This document shows positions 14,839-23,476 of a stretch of 46,031 bases of DNA, piece by piece (the stretch's first letter is position 1; every line of letters starts with the position of its first letter). The stretch is from IMG/VR virus record IMGVR_UViG_3300025875_000048, positions 1-46,031 of that record; one strand, given 5' to 3'. The notes beneath the pieces are model-generated. The model saw nothing but the letters and a program-made list of their open reading frames with translations, was not told the DNA's origin and did no database searches. Made by a program: the position numbers and the translations under genes. The stretch is from a virus (taxonomy: Duplodnaviria > Caudoviricetes).

Positions 14839-17800
14839 TTACACGGCGCGAACAGCAAACAAGTCGTGCGAAACAACCTTCGTGTCATTCCCGAACTTGC
14901 TGAAGGTGAACAGGTACACCCCTGCCGGCAACACCTGCGAGGTATACACCGGGCTATCTAAGCTGGGCACTGTCTGCGGCCCCGCCTGGTCGTAGGTGGG
15001 ATAGATGGCCAGGTTTGCCCCCGCTACTTCCACGATATCAATCTGTGTTACCCCCAGCTCTGTATCACGCGGGCCGGCCACCAGCAAGCGGCTGGGCTGC
15101 GAGAATTCCACGAGCAAGCGCCGCAACCTGCCGACGCCTTGCGTATAATGCACCGAACGTCCGGCCACGGTGTTAGGGTCGGGGGCGGCAGGCGTGTAGA
15201 GCTCCCACGGCAGCGCGGCGTCTTCCTGCCAGGCGGCATGAGCGTGCGTAAAGTCCAGCGGGCCGTGCAGCACTTTCGGCGCGGAGACAAAGCCAATGCC
15301 GCTGTTTGCCGTGCCGCCGGCAGTCGTGACGCGCACCACGCGGTACTGCTGCTGCGCAACGGCCGGCACCACGAAGGTGAAGGTGTTGGCGTTGACGTAC
15401 GTGACTAGCACCGACTGCGTGTCGAGCTTAGCGCTCAGTATGCTCTGGGTGAAGTTGGTTCCGCTTACGGTGACCACGTCGCCCGGCTGGCCGGCCAGCG
15501 GCGCGAAGCTGGTGATAGTCGGGCTTTGCGGAGTTGGATTCGAGGCGCCGCCATCGGCTAACTTGTTGGCATACCAGATAATTTCCCGCTGCTTGTGCGC
15601 GGCGGTGGTGAAGTGCGTGTCGTCGTAATAGGCTGGACCGGGAATCGAAAGCGTCTGCCCGAACGGCTGCGCCGCTGCCCACTGGGTACGGGCCGTGTTG
15701 ATCATGGCATCGTTCGGGAACGAAGCCGCGTTGCGCTGAAGCATCGGCACCGTGAAACGGGTGTCCGCGTTGAAAAAGCCTTGGCCTTTGAACTCGTTCA
15801 TCAGCGCCGTGTACTGCGCTAAGAAATCCGTGTTGTTCTCGTCTGCATCCTGTTCAGCGGGGCCAACAAAGGCGTATTTGACTACCGGCGTGCCGTTGCC
15901 GTTGGTTTGCATCCAGGCCTTGAAGGCGGCCCAGTCCGCAAACGAAGCCTGCTTGAGCGATCTATTCCACTCGCCGGTGCCGGCGCCATTGGTGCTGATA
16001 GCACCTTCCTGTTCGGAGAGGAAAAACAGCAGCTTCTTGCCCTCATTGGCCGGGTCGGCCAGCCATTCATTGATAAAGAACTGCCCCAGCCCCAGCCCCC
16101 GGCCGTAGCCCGGAACAATACCGGCGGGAATACCCTGGTCGTTCACGCCCGGCTGCCGGACTTCCACTTGCCCGGTGGCGGCCCGCCAGATGCCGACCCG
16201 CTCGTCTATAACAATATCGGCCGGTGCAACATCAGCAAACGGGCTGAAAGTCTGCTCATTGCTTTGCCCTGGTACATTGGAAATGATTTCCGCATTGGCC
16301 CACTGGCCTTGCCCGGCGGCCATAGGTGTAGCTGTGGTCGGGTTGGAGGCTGCCCCGGTGCCCGCGCTGTTGGTCGCGGCTACCGTGAACTGGTACGCTA
16401 CGCCGTTGGAGAGGCCCGTAACCGTAGTAAACGTATTGGCCGTGGTACCGAATACACTATAGGAGATAGCCCCCGTGGGCCGGTAGCGCACGGTGTAGCT
16501 GGTAATCTCCGCCCCGTTGGCAGCCGGTGGCGCCCAGGTAAGTGTCACTTGCTCATTGCCTGCCGCAGCGGTAGGGGTGGCGACCTGCCCAGGTGTGGTC
16601 GGTGCAGTGCCCCCGCCGCCCACTGCCCCAATCCTATCCAGGGCTTGTTTAATGGTTCCTACCGTGAACCCGTAGAACGCTTGCGCTTCTACACTGGGGT
16701 GGTAGAAGTCGGTGGTGTTTTCGGTAATGGTGCCGCCTTGCTGCTCGTTCTTGTCGATAATCTCAATCCCTTCTTGCAGGCTTTCGTAGGTCAGCGAAGC
16801 CCCGACTTCCACGATAATCTGCACGTCAATGGAATTGGCGGGCTTGGTAATAGCGGAAAGCGTAGCAACATGGCCAGCCGCCAACGTGACCGTATTGTTC
16901 ACCTCTGCATCACCGGATAAAGTGCCGCCGATATGCGTAGTACCATGCAGGATGGTCGGTAGGCTCTCGCCTGCCCGGCCAACGATGGACAGGTCCAGGT
17001 GTTTGGTGCCGATCTGAAACACAAGCTGCCCGCCCGCCAAAGCCCGTAGGCGGGTCAGATTCCCGACGATAGAGCGCTGCCCGAACGGAATGACCGTGTT
17101 ATAGGTTAGCTCCAGTGCGTTCAGCACCAAGGTGCCCCCCGCCGGAACAGTGGTGGCTTCTTCCAGGCTCACGTACGGGGTAGGGGCTCCGCTGCCGAGC
17201 AAGGCAATACGCGGCAGTACTTGTTTGGCGTCCTGGTTGGCGAGTAGAATCAACGACTCGCGTACCGATTTATTAACAATATTAGTGGCCCCTGTTACCA
17301 AGTCAGGGGCCTTCACGGTTACGAAATCAACACTCAGCGACTGCCACTCCCCGTTGCCGTTGTTCAGGTCTGGCCGCCAGTAGAAGGGCTCGTTGTTGAA
17401 CAGGTTGACAACGACCTGGTTGTTTTGGCCGGGGTGCGGAAACTCCAACCGCTGCCCTGCCCGCAGGAGTTGGAAGGAGTTGGTTTCAAGGCTGTCTAAA
17501 CGGGTGTCGTGCTCAACTAACTCGTTTTCGGCGTCTACTATATCGGATTCCAGCTCGTCAATCCGTTCTTCGTGCCCGGCTATTAAGCCCCGTACTTCAC
17601 TGTCGTTGTAGTTGCTGCCGTCCCCCGCCGCCCCTAACTGCCCAATCGGCCGGACGTGGATGATATTACCTACCGCTAAGCCCGGGATGCGCAGCACACC
17701 TGCGCCGTCAACCGTCCACGATAAGGGTTCACCTGTGCCAACGGTATCATGGATGAGCGAACCAGCGGCATCCTGATCTTCTCTTTGCAACAATACATCC

Positions 17801-18165
17801 AAGGCACTCGTGTAGCCGTCTTCTAGTTGTTTGGTGAAGACCCCGTTGACTATATCCTGTGCGGTAACCTCATACCGGCGTATTAAGACAGGATAAGCCG
17901 TGCCGGGGCCGCCGTCGGAAGCGGTGGTTTCCGGCAGTAAGCCAGCGTCCGAGAGGTCGGCATACCAGCGGTAGATAACACTGTTGACATTAACCCGCAA
18001 GCCGTTGTAGCGCACCACGCCGGGTACCAGCTGACAGGCTTCAGTGGTGCTGGCGTAGGGCTGTGCGGGCTCTTCACCGACTTGCGGTTTGCAGAACCAC
18101 GCGTCAACAGGCGTAGGGTTGGGGATGCGAAGGCCCGCGCCGGGCTGTAGTTCCGTGCTGGCCAT
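14839..18165 (-). CDS. Tail spike/fibre with coiled coil, fibronectin type III, SGNH O-acetylesterase (SASA-like) and IPT/TIG domains
   Basis: VTLTWAPP..ITSYTVRY..GLSNGVAYQFTVAATN (FN3); GQSN and DDTH (SASA/SGNH); PTITSFAP..GDVVTVSGTNF (IPT). Confidence 0.8.
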   Translation of the reverse strand: MASTELQPGAGLRIPNPTPVDAWFCKPQVGEEPAQPYASTTEACQLVPGVVRYNGLRVNVNSVIYRWYADLSDAGLLPETTASDGGPGTAYPVLIRRYEVTAQDIVNGVFTKQLEDGYTSALDVLLQREDQDAAGSLIHDTVGTGEPLSWTVDGAGVLRIPGLAVGNIIHVRPIGQLGAAGDGSNYNDSEVRGLIAGHEERIDELESDIVDAENELVEHDTRLDSLETNSFQLLRAGQRLEFPHPGQNNQVVVNLFNNEPFYWRPDLNNGNGEWQSLSVDFVTVKAPDLVTGATNIVNKSVRESLILLANQDAKQVLPRIALLGSGAPTPYVSLEEATTVPAGGTLVLNALELTYNTVIPFGQRSIVGNLTRLRALAGGQLVFQIGTKHLDLSIVGRAGESLPTILHGTTHIGGTLSGDAEVNNTVTLAAGHVATLSAITKPANSIDVQIIVEVGASLTYESLQEGIEIIDKNEQQGGTITENTTDFYHPSVEAQAFYGFTVGTIKQALDRIGAVGGGGTAPTTPGQVATPTAAAGNEQVTLTWAPPAANGAEITSYTVRYRPTGAISYSVFGTTANTFTTVTGLSNGVAYQFTVAATNSAGTGAASNPTTATPMAAGQGQWANAEIISNVPGQSNEQTFSPFADVAPADIVIDERVGIWRAATGQVEVRQPGVNDQGIPAGIVPGYGRGLGLGQFFINEWLADPANEGKKLLFFLSEQEGAISTNGAGTGEWNRSLKQASFADWAAFKAWMQTNGNGTPVVKYAFVGPAEQDADENNTDFLAQYTALMNEFKGQGFFNADTRFTVPMLQRNAASFPNDAMINTARTQWAAAQPFGQTLSIPGPAYYDDTHFTTAAHKQREIIWYANKLADGGASNPTPQSPTITSFAPLAGQPGDVVTVSGTNFTQSILSAKLDTQSVLVTYVNANTFTFVVPAVAQQQYRVVRVTTAGGTANSGIGFVSAPKVLHGPLDFTHAHAAWQEDAALPWELYTPAAPDPNTVAGRSVHYTQGVGRLRRLLVEFSQPSRLLVAGPRDTELGVTQIDIVEVAGANLAIYPTYDQAGPQTVPSLDSPVYTSQVLPAGVYLFTFSKFGNDTKVVSHDLFAVRAV

Positions 18166-19380
18166 CTAGGAAAGCGTGATTTGGTGACGGTGGTTGGAAG
18201 AGTAGGGCACCGCCTGCGTTTTCACGTAGCGCGTGTAGGTGCGGGCCGTACCGCCGATGTCATTCACTGACAAGGCAGAGGCCACGTAATCGCTGGTAAT
18301 GACCTGGTTGAGGTTGTCAAGGTCTACCACGCTCACAATCGTCTTGCCAGGCGGCACCTCGACTTCAAAGAAGCGCTGGCTTACGCCACTGTCAAGAACA
18401 AACTGATTGCCCGCAACCAGCAAACGGCTATCCAACAACCCCCTGGCTTGCGCAGAAGTAGTGGAGGGGCTTGAGGTGGGGCCGTAGAAAAGACGGTAGG
18501 AGCCGTTGATGTCAATGGAAGCAGCAAGCGTTTCGCCTTTGTCATTGGCGGTAGATATCCGATACCGGCGGCTTAATCCATTCGCCACTGAAAAGGCTAC
18601 CGTGGATAGCGACTGTACACCGTCGTTCGGGGTGTTGGCAACGAGTGTTGTGCCCCCTGTTTCGTCAACTATGGTAATCGTGGCGTTGTCCGCCAGATTA
18701 TTCGCGTTGCTAATAGCCCATTTAAACGACTTGAAACCAGCGGGAAAGAGAGTACCTACTTCTACGGTCTGGCTGCCTTGGTCTTGGATGGTGAAGGAAG
18801 AGAAGCCAGGATACTGGTACCGGCTTAGGAGCTTGTTGGCAAACTCGTTGAAGCTGAAGGTTTGCGGACCACCGGCAGGAAAGCCGTATTGGGTTTCCGT
18901 GACGTTGGGGACGGTGGCGGTGGCGTCTCCGCCTTCCCCAACCAGCCGTACCCACCGGGCCGTGATCTTGGGACCGGTAAACCGCCCGTCTAAATAGACT
19001 TGCAGCGGGCCGGTGGAATCGTAGCGAAGTACCCACGTTTCGTCTACGGTCTGTTCTCCTAGCTCAATCGTGCAGGTAGTGCCTAAACACAGCAAGTCGG
19101 TTGTTAGTCCAGCCAGGGTGGTGTCTCCCGGCCGGTAGCCTTCCGTGTCAACACTGTAGCAACGAACGTGCTTGCGTAAGTCGCGGCGGTCGTTGGGGCC
19201 GGGCAAGGCCATTCCCGCGGCTTGCAGGATAACCCCCATGCCGACTTTGGCGCTGGCTTTCGAGCCGTCGGAGAGGGTAAGTTCCACCTCGAAAAGAGAG
19301 CCGAATAGTTCAGCCGGCGCGCTTACGGTGCGCGGTATCTGCCCAATGGTGCTGGTAAGGGCGGGGGTTGCGTCTGCCAT
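18166..19380 (-). CDS. Putative minor tail/baseplate-associated protein
   Basis: ATG 19380 directly after a late-promoter -7 element; beta-rich; tail module context. Confidence 0.7.
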   Translation of the reverse strand: MADATPALTSTIGQIPRTVSAPAELFGSLFEVELTLSDGSKASAKVGMGVILQAAGMALPGPNDRRDLRKHVRCYSVDTEGYRPGDTTLAGLTTDLLCLGTTCTIELGEQTVDETWVLRYDSTGPLQVYLDGRFTGPKITARWVRLVGEGGDATATVPNVTETQYGFPAGGPQTFSFNEFANKLLSRYQYPGFSSFTIQDQGSQTVEVGTLFPAGFKSFKWAISNANNLADNATITIVDETGGTTLVANTPNDGVQSLSTVAFSVANGLSRRYRISTANDKGETLAASIDINGSYRLFYGPTSSPSTTSAQARGLLDSRLLVAGNQFVLDSGVSQRFFEVEVPPGKTIVSVVDLDNLNQVITSDYVASALSVNDIGGTARTYTRYVKTQAVPYSSNHRHQITLS

Positions 19381-19383
19381 GAC

Positions 19384-19449
19384 CAAAACTACCCTCCCCC
19401 TGTCCTGCGACGGGGCCGCTGGCGGGGGTTTGGTTGAGTGAACAGGCCG
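19384..19449 (-). promoter_or_regulatory. Late promoter (21-bp box plus -7 element)
   Basis: CGGCCTGTTCACTCAACCAAA (19449-19429), 37 nt, TAGTTTTG (19391-19384). Confidence 0.8.
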
Positions 19450-22400
19450 CTAGGCAGGTAGCCGAATCCGGATAACACCGGAACGCAAGGAGCGCACAAT
19501 CCCCGCCGTGGTCACCCGGGCTCCATCAGGCAGGGGGTTGTCCGGTGCTGCTCCAATCGCCCGCAAGGTCAACCGGGCCACGCCGGTTACCTGTTGTACT
19601 TCACAACTCACCACCAATAGTAGTCTGCCCGGAGCGTCCGGGCTGATTACTTTCTGCCCAAAACTCATAGCCCCTACCCCCGCGTACCCCAGTAAGCTAC
19701 CCGATAGAGTGCGTTGCGCCGACTGCCGTAGCTCCAACCGATCCAGCGCCGCCGTTTCGAGTAGAGGAGCGGCTAGCCGCACGCCGGGTCTATTCCATAG
19801 GGTGGTGGGTTTGCCGGCTACGGTGGTAAGCGCGTGCCGCCACGCCAGCGCGTCCATGTCCTGCGCCGGGGCGTACTCGTTGGGAGCCAGCGCTAAGCGG
19901 GGCAGGTCAGCGTGTACCAGGGATACATCGGGGGCTTTTAGTACCCCATCCGGACGAATAACCGTTACCTGATCCTGTTCCGGCCATTCCACTAAAGCAG
20001 GCAGGATTTGCAGCCGCAGGTAGGCAATATCGAGCCCAAACCCACTACCAGGAGTGGAAAGGCGCAGGCGTACGCTTTGGCCGGTGCGGTTGCTTGGCAG
20101 CAGCACACTGTATTCCTGAAACTTGGCTTCCGGCCCACCGGCTGGAATAGCGAACGATAATTCCTGCGCATCCGGCAGCCCATCCGTGAGCACTACGATC
20201 CGGAACTCTGTGGTCACAGCTGGTTCACCCTGCGGTGCCACCGGGCGTTGGGAGCGGGCTTTGAACGTAAGCAAAATGGGTGAATAATTGGGGGCCGGGA
20301 AGGTGCTCATGCCCGCCGTTAGCAGCTCGTCTCCGTAGAGTCGTAAAGCATATTCACCCGCCTTTTCACCGCGAATCCGAAGGCCCGGCCCGCCACTCCA
20401 GCCTGGAGTGGGCAACGTTCCCGCGGGGTTCCAGTCCTGCAAATCCCCGCCGGGCAGGTTGTTTTCCCGCAGCTGAAACTTCACCACCGCCTGCACGACT
20501 TTAGCTGCTGCCACCGTGGCTTGTTCAGCTCCCGGGGAAATCCACACCAAATGCCGGTCCGTGGAAAGAAAGTTAGGGTATTTGATCGCCCACAGATCCA
20601 GCCCTTCCGCCGGAGGAGGCAGCTCATCCGGTTCCGCCTCTCCGGCCGGACTGTACTGCGTCCATTTCGCCTCATCCAGCAAGGCTAAATCAAGCTCCGA
20701 GGCCACCCACCACGCGCCCCGGGCCTGCCAGAGCACCGCTTTAAAAGGGCGTAGTAACGCTTCCACTACTTCCGATAAAACGGGTTCTTCCCCGTAGGCC
20801 GACCGATCCGCCGCAATCGCGGCCAAGGTTTCCTCGCTGGCTGTTAGTAGTTGTTCGCGCAGCTGGATTCCGACGTAGAGCGGCAGGTTTACATCACAGC
20901 GAGACAGGCAGTGCAAGAGGGTGTGAAGAATAGGCCACCGGCCGGATTCCGTGATGTTCTGCCCCAGGTGGTTGCGAAATAAGGTATCGCGCAAGGTAGC
21001 CAGGCCGCAGGACGCGTTGATCGTAATCGCCGGGAGTCCTTCGTGAATCGCTACTCGAAATAAATCCGGCGAGGCATAGCCGCGAAACTCCAGCTTCTGA
21101 CTGATGCCGCTGCGAATATCCACCCGGTGCCGCCGGTCGTCGCCGGTAGATAGCACTTCAAAGGCTAAAGGATTATCGCTCCGCAGTACGACAGTTGCGC
21201 TTTGCCCAACAAGTTCCGGTAGTTCCGCGGCGGGGTCGGTTTGGCCGGTCCACGCCCGGGTGATGGCTTCGTTGTCTCCATCCCCGCACACCCGCTCGGG
21301 CTCCCCGTCGTAATCCCGTTCGTAGATCAACACCTCTTCCGGCTCGGCAAAATTTCCGATTACCACCAGATGCCAGCGCAGCCGGTACCGGTCCTCAATC
21401 GTTACGGTTTCCTCTACGAGTTGGCCCGACGGGTCTGTAGCCCGGAAAATGTGCGGCCCGGCCGGAAGACCACTGAACGAACCAGTCGTGTTCTGTTCGT
21501 TGGTCGCCACCCGAACGTAGGTAATCACACCCCCGGCTCCGTCGTTGCTGGCTTCCAGTAGTACCCTTCCCGTATCACTGCCACCTTGGTCGATGTCGGT
21601 GCGAATGATGTTGACGAACCGCAGCCCCGCGCCCGCGGGTGGAGTTGCTACCGTATCATCAAACAGCAACCCGCCGTTGCCGTCGTGGTACACCCGCCGG
21701 AAGGTCACGTTATCCGGCAGGTAATAGCTATCCACTACCTCATTCGTGGGGCGGGAGTAGTCGGGCTCGTAGGTTGGGGAATAATCACCGTAGCTATACC
21801 CGGCTGCTCTGGTGGTGAAGTTGTAGTAGTAGCCGATTTGCAGCCACCGGTTGGGCTGCGGGTCCATCAGGTCGGGCTCAACCGTGTACTTCAGCCAGAA
21901 CCGCGGCCCCGACCCCGTATCGGAAATCAGGATAAATGGTCCGGCCTGCGCAATACAGCCCACCGCGTCTTCTATGCGAATCGTGTAAGTTCCAACCGGC
22001 AGTCCCGTGAAATGCCCCGAAGCCAGCCCCGTGGTATTGTTGGTTCCCGTCAACAGGAACTGCAACGGCGGGCGGCTGGTAGTAGCTGTTAATCGAATCG
22101 ACCCATCCGAAGCCGTGGGGGTGGTGGGCAGGACAATCTGGGCCGATCCGCCGTTAGCTACCACATCACAGGTCGCGGCGGGGCAGCTGGTGGCGTTGTA
22201 TTCTGGCGCATCATAACTCACCACTCCGTTGCCGGCATACCGGGTAACGTGCCGCGTTCCGGACGTGTCCCCTATTCGAGGAATACCACACACGTCTTCC
22301 ACGATATCGCCTACAAGTAGCTCAAACGCTTCTGACCGGTAGCTGGCTCCGTACTCGGTGGTATACGCTGGGCTCTGGTAGGTTCCCGAATACAGGGTAT

Positions 22401-22464
22401 AGGTATGGTCCCACTCGCCGGGTTGGGATTGGACCGAGACGGTGCGCAGCAAAACAATAGCCAT
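19450..22464 (-). CDS. Tail tip/hub-like protein with N-terminal SprB-like repeats
   Basis: First minus-strand gene after the tape measure; DGSIRLTAT...FTGLPVGTYTIRIEDAVGC and a second similar repeat. Confidence 0.7.
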   Translation of the reverse strand: MAIVLLRTVSVQSQPGEWDHTYTLYSGTYQSPAYTTEYGASYRSEAFELLVGDIVEDVCGIPRIGDTSGTRHVTRYAGNGVVSYDAPEYNATSCPAATCDVVANGGSAQIVLPTTPTASDGSIRLTATTSRPPLQFLLTGTNNTTGLASGHFTGLPVGTYTIRIEDAVGCIAQAGPFILISDTGSGPRFWLKYTVEPDLMDPQPNRWLQIGYYYNFTTRAAGYSYGDYSPTYEPDYSRPTNEVVDSYYLPDNVTFRRVYHDGNGGLLFDDTVATPPAGAGLRFVNIIRTDIDQGGSDTGRVLLEASNDGAGGVITYVRVATNEQNTTGSFSGLPAGPHIFRATDPSGQLVEETVTIEDRYRLRWHLVVIGNFAEPEEVLIYERDYDGEPERVCGDGDNEAITRAWTGQTDPAAELPELVGQSATVVLRSDNPLAFEVLSTGDDRRHRVDIRSGISQKLEFRGYASPDLFRVAIHEGLPAITINASCGLATLRDTLFRNHLGQNITESGRWPILHTLLHCLSRCDVNLPLYVGIQLREQLLTASEETLAAIAADRSAYGEEPVLSEVVEALLRPFKAVLWQARGAWWVASELDLALLDEAKWTQYSPAGEAEPDELPPPAEGLDLWAIKYPNFLSTDRHLVWISPGAEQATVAAAKVVQAVVKFQLRENNLPGGDLQDWNPAGTLPTPGWSGGPGLRIRGEKAGEYALRLYGDELLTAGMSTFPAPNYSPILLTFKARSQRPVAPQGEPAVTTEFRIVVLTDGLPDAQELSFAIPAGGPEAKFQEYSVLLPSNRTGQSVRLRLSTPGSGFGLDIAYLRLQILPALVEWPEQDQVTVIRPDGVLKAPDVSLVHADLPRLALAPNEYAPAQDMDALAWRHALTTVAGKPTTLWNRPGVRLAAPLLETAALDRLELRQSAQRTLSGSLLGYAGVGAMSFGQKVISPDAPGRLLLVVSCEVQQVTGVARLTLRAIGAAPDNPLPDGARVTTAGIVRSLRSGVIRIRLPA

Positions 22465-22468
22465 GCAA

Positions 22469-22534
22469 CGAAGCTACCCGCAGCCAGGGCGGGGGCGGGG
22501 CGGGGTCAAAGGGTTTGGTTGAGTGAACAGGCCG
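22469..22534 (-). promoter_or_regulatory. Late promoter (21-bp box plus -7 element)
   Basis: Identical box 22534-22514, 37 nt, TAGCTTCG (22476-22469), ATG 4 nt later. Confidence 0.78.
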
Positions 22535-22569
22535 AAAAAGTGGTAAAGGTTTTGCATCTTCACCGCCCT

Positions 22570-23442
22570 ATGAAGAATATACTATCCTTGCTTGCTTTAT
22601 GCTCGTCTTTGAGTGTAGCGGCTCAGGTTGCGCCACCCCGGAAGCAATATGCCTTATACTCAGCCCCTATCTACACGTCACTAACGGATACCGTTAAAGA
22701 GTCAAGCAGTGTTGCGCATCTAATAAAAGATCAGCAAGTAGAGGTTGTCGCGTCAGGCGGCAGATGGGCAACGATAGCCAGGGGGAAGAAGCGCTACTAT
22801 ATACAGTCAATTTACCTGGGGGATAAACCTGGAGATATGCCGTTGCAATCCATGCCTGTGGCACAGGCGCGCGAAATTACACTACCCACGGTTGACGGCA
22901 AGATAGTCTTTGAGGGTGTTGTTAAAACAGACTCTACTTTGACTAAGCAGGAGATATACAGCCGGGCGCGCGAGTGGCTGGTAAATTCCTTTGTCAGTGG
23001 TAAAGCTGTTTTACAGTTAGACGATAAGGCAGAGGGCAAAATAATGGGCGACGGACGCACCAAATTTACCTATGTGCGCGATCCGGGTGCCGTCTTGGTC
23101 GCCATGCAGGAGTTTAAGTATCAGTTTACAATTAAAATAGAGGTTCGCGATGGGCGCTATAAATATCAGGTATACAATTTCTTAATAGACGACGACCTGA
23201 CCTATTATCAAGGTCGCGTTATACTAACAAGACACTTTAGTTTTGATGACTTTTACCAACGCTATAAACAAGGCTCAGCTATTAATTTCTTAGGTAATAA
23301 CGTACAAGACTCGCCGGCTAGTCGTCAAAAGGCCGCCAGAGACTATAAAGGCATCTTATTGTTATTAAATACAAGGACAGATGAAATTATTACCTCTTTA
23401 AATAAGGCGCTGACTAGTACAGGCGCAGGCAAAGACTGGTGA
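22570..23442 (+). CDS. Secreted DUF4468-like protein with N-terminal SH3b-like domain (moron)
   Basis: Signal peptide MKNILSLLALCSSLSVAAQ; LTKQEIYSRAREW..F..GKAVLQLDDK..GKI...IEVRDGRYKY; opposite strand and visibly lower GC. Confidence 0.75.
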   Translation: MKNILSLLALCSSLSVAAQVAPPRKQYALYSAPIYTSLTDTVKESSSVAHLIKDQQVEVVASGGRWATIARGKKRYYIQSIYLGDKPGDMPLQSMPVAQAREITLPTVDGKIVFEGVVKTDSTLTKQEIYSRAREWLVNSFVSGKAVLQLDDKAEGKIMGDGRTKFTYVRDPGAVLVAMQEFKYQFTIKIEVRDGRYKYQVYNFLIDDDLTYYQGRVILTRHFSFDDFYQRYKQGSAINFLGNNVQDSPASRQKAARDYKGILLLLNTRTDEIITSLNKALTSTGAGKDW

Positions 23443-23476
23443 TTGTTGGTGTGAAATACAAGATATGCTAGCCACG

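Noticed and set aside
9043-22464. Diversity-generating retroelement or invertase shufflon in the fibre genes
   Set aside because: No RT, no TR/VR-length repeat pair and no invertase or inverted cassettes seen.
22487-22505. G-run cluster able to form a G-quadruplex
   Set aside because: Lies in the GC-rich late-promoter spacer and is not reproduced as G-runs in all four copies.
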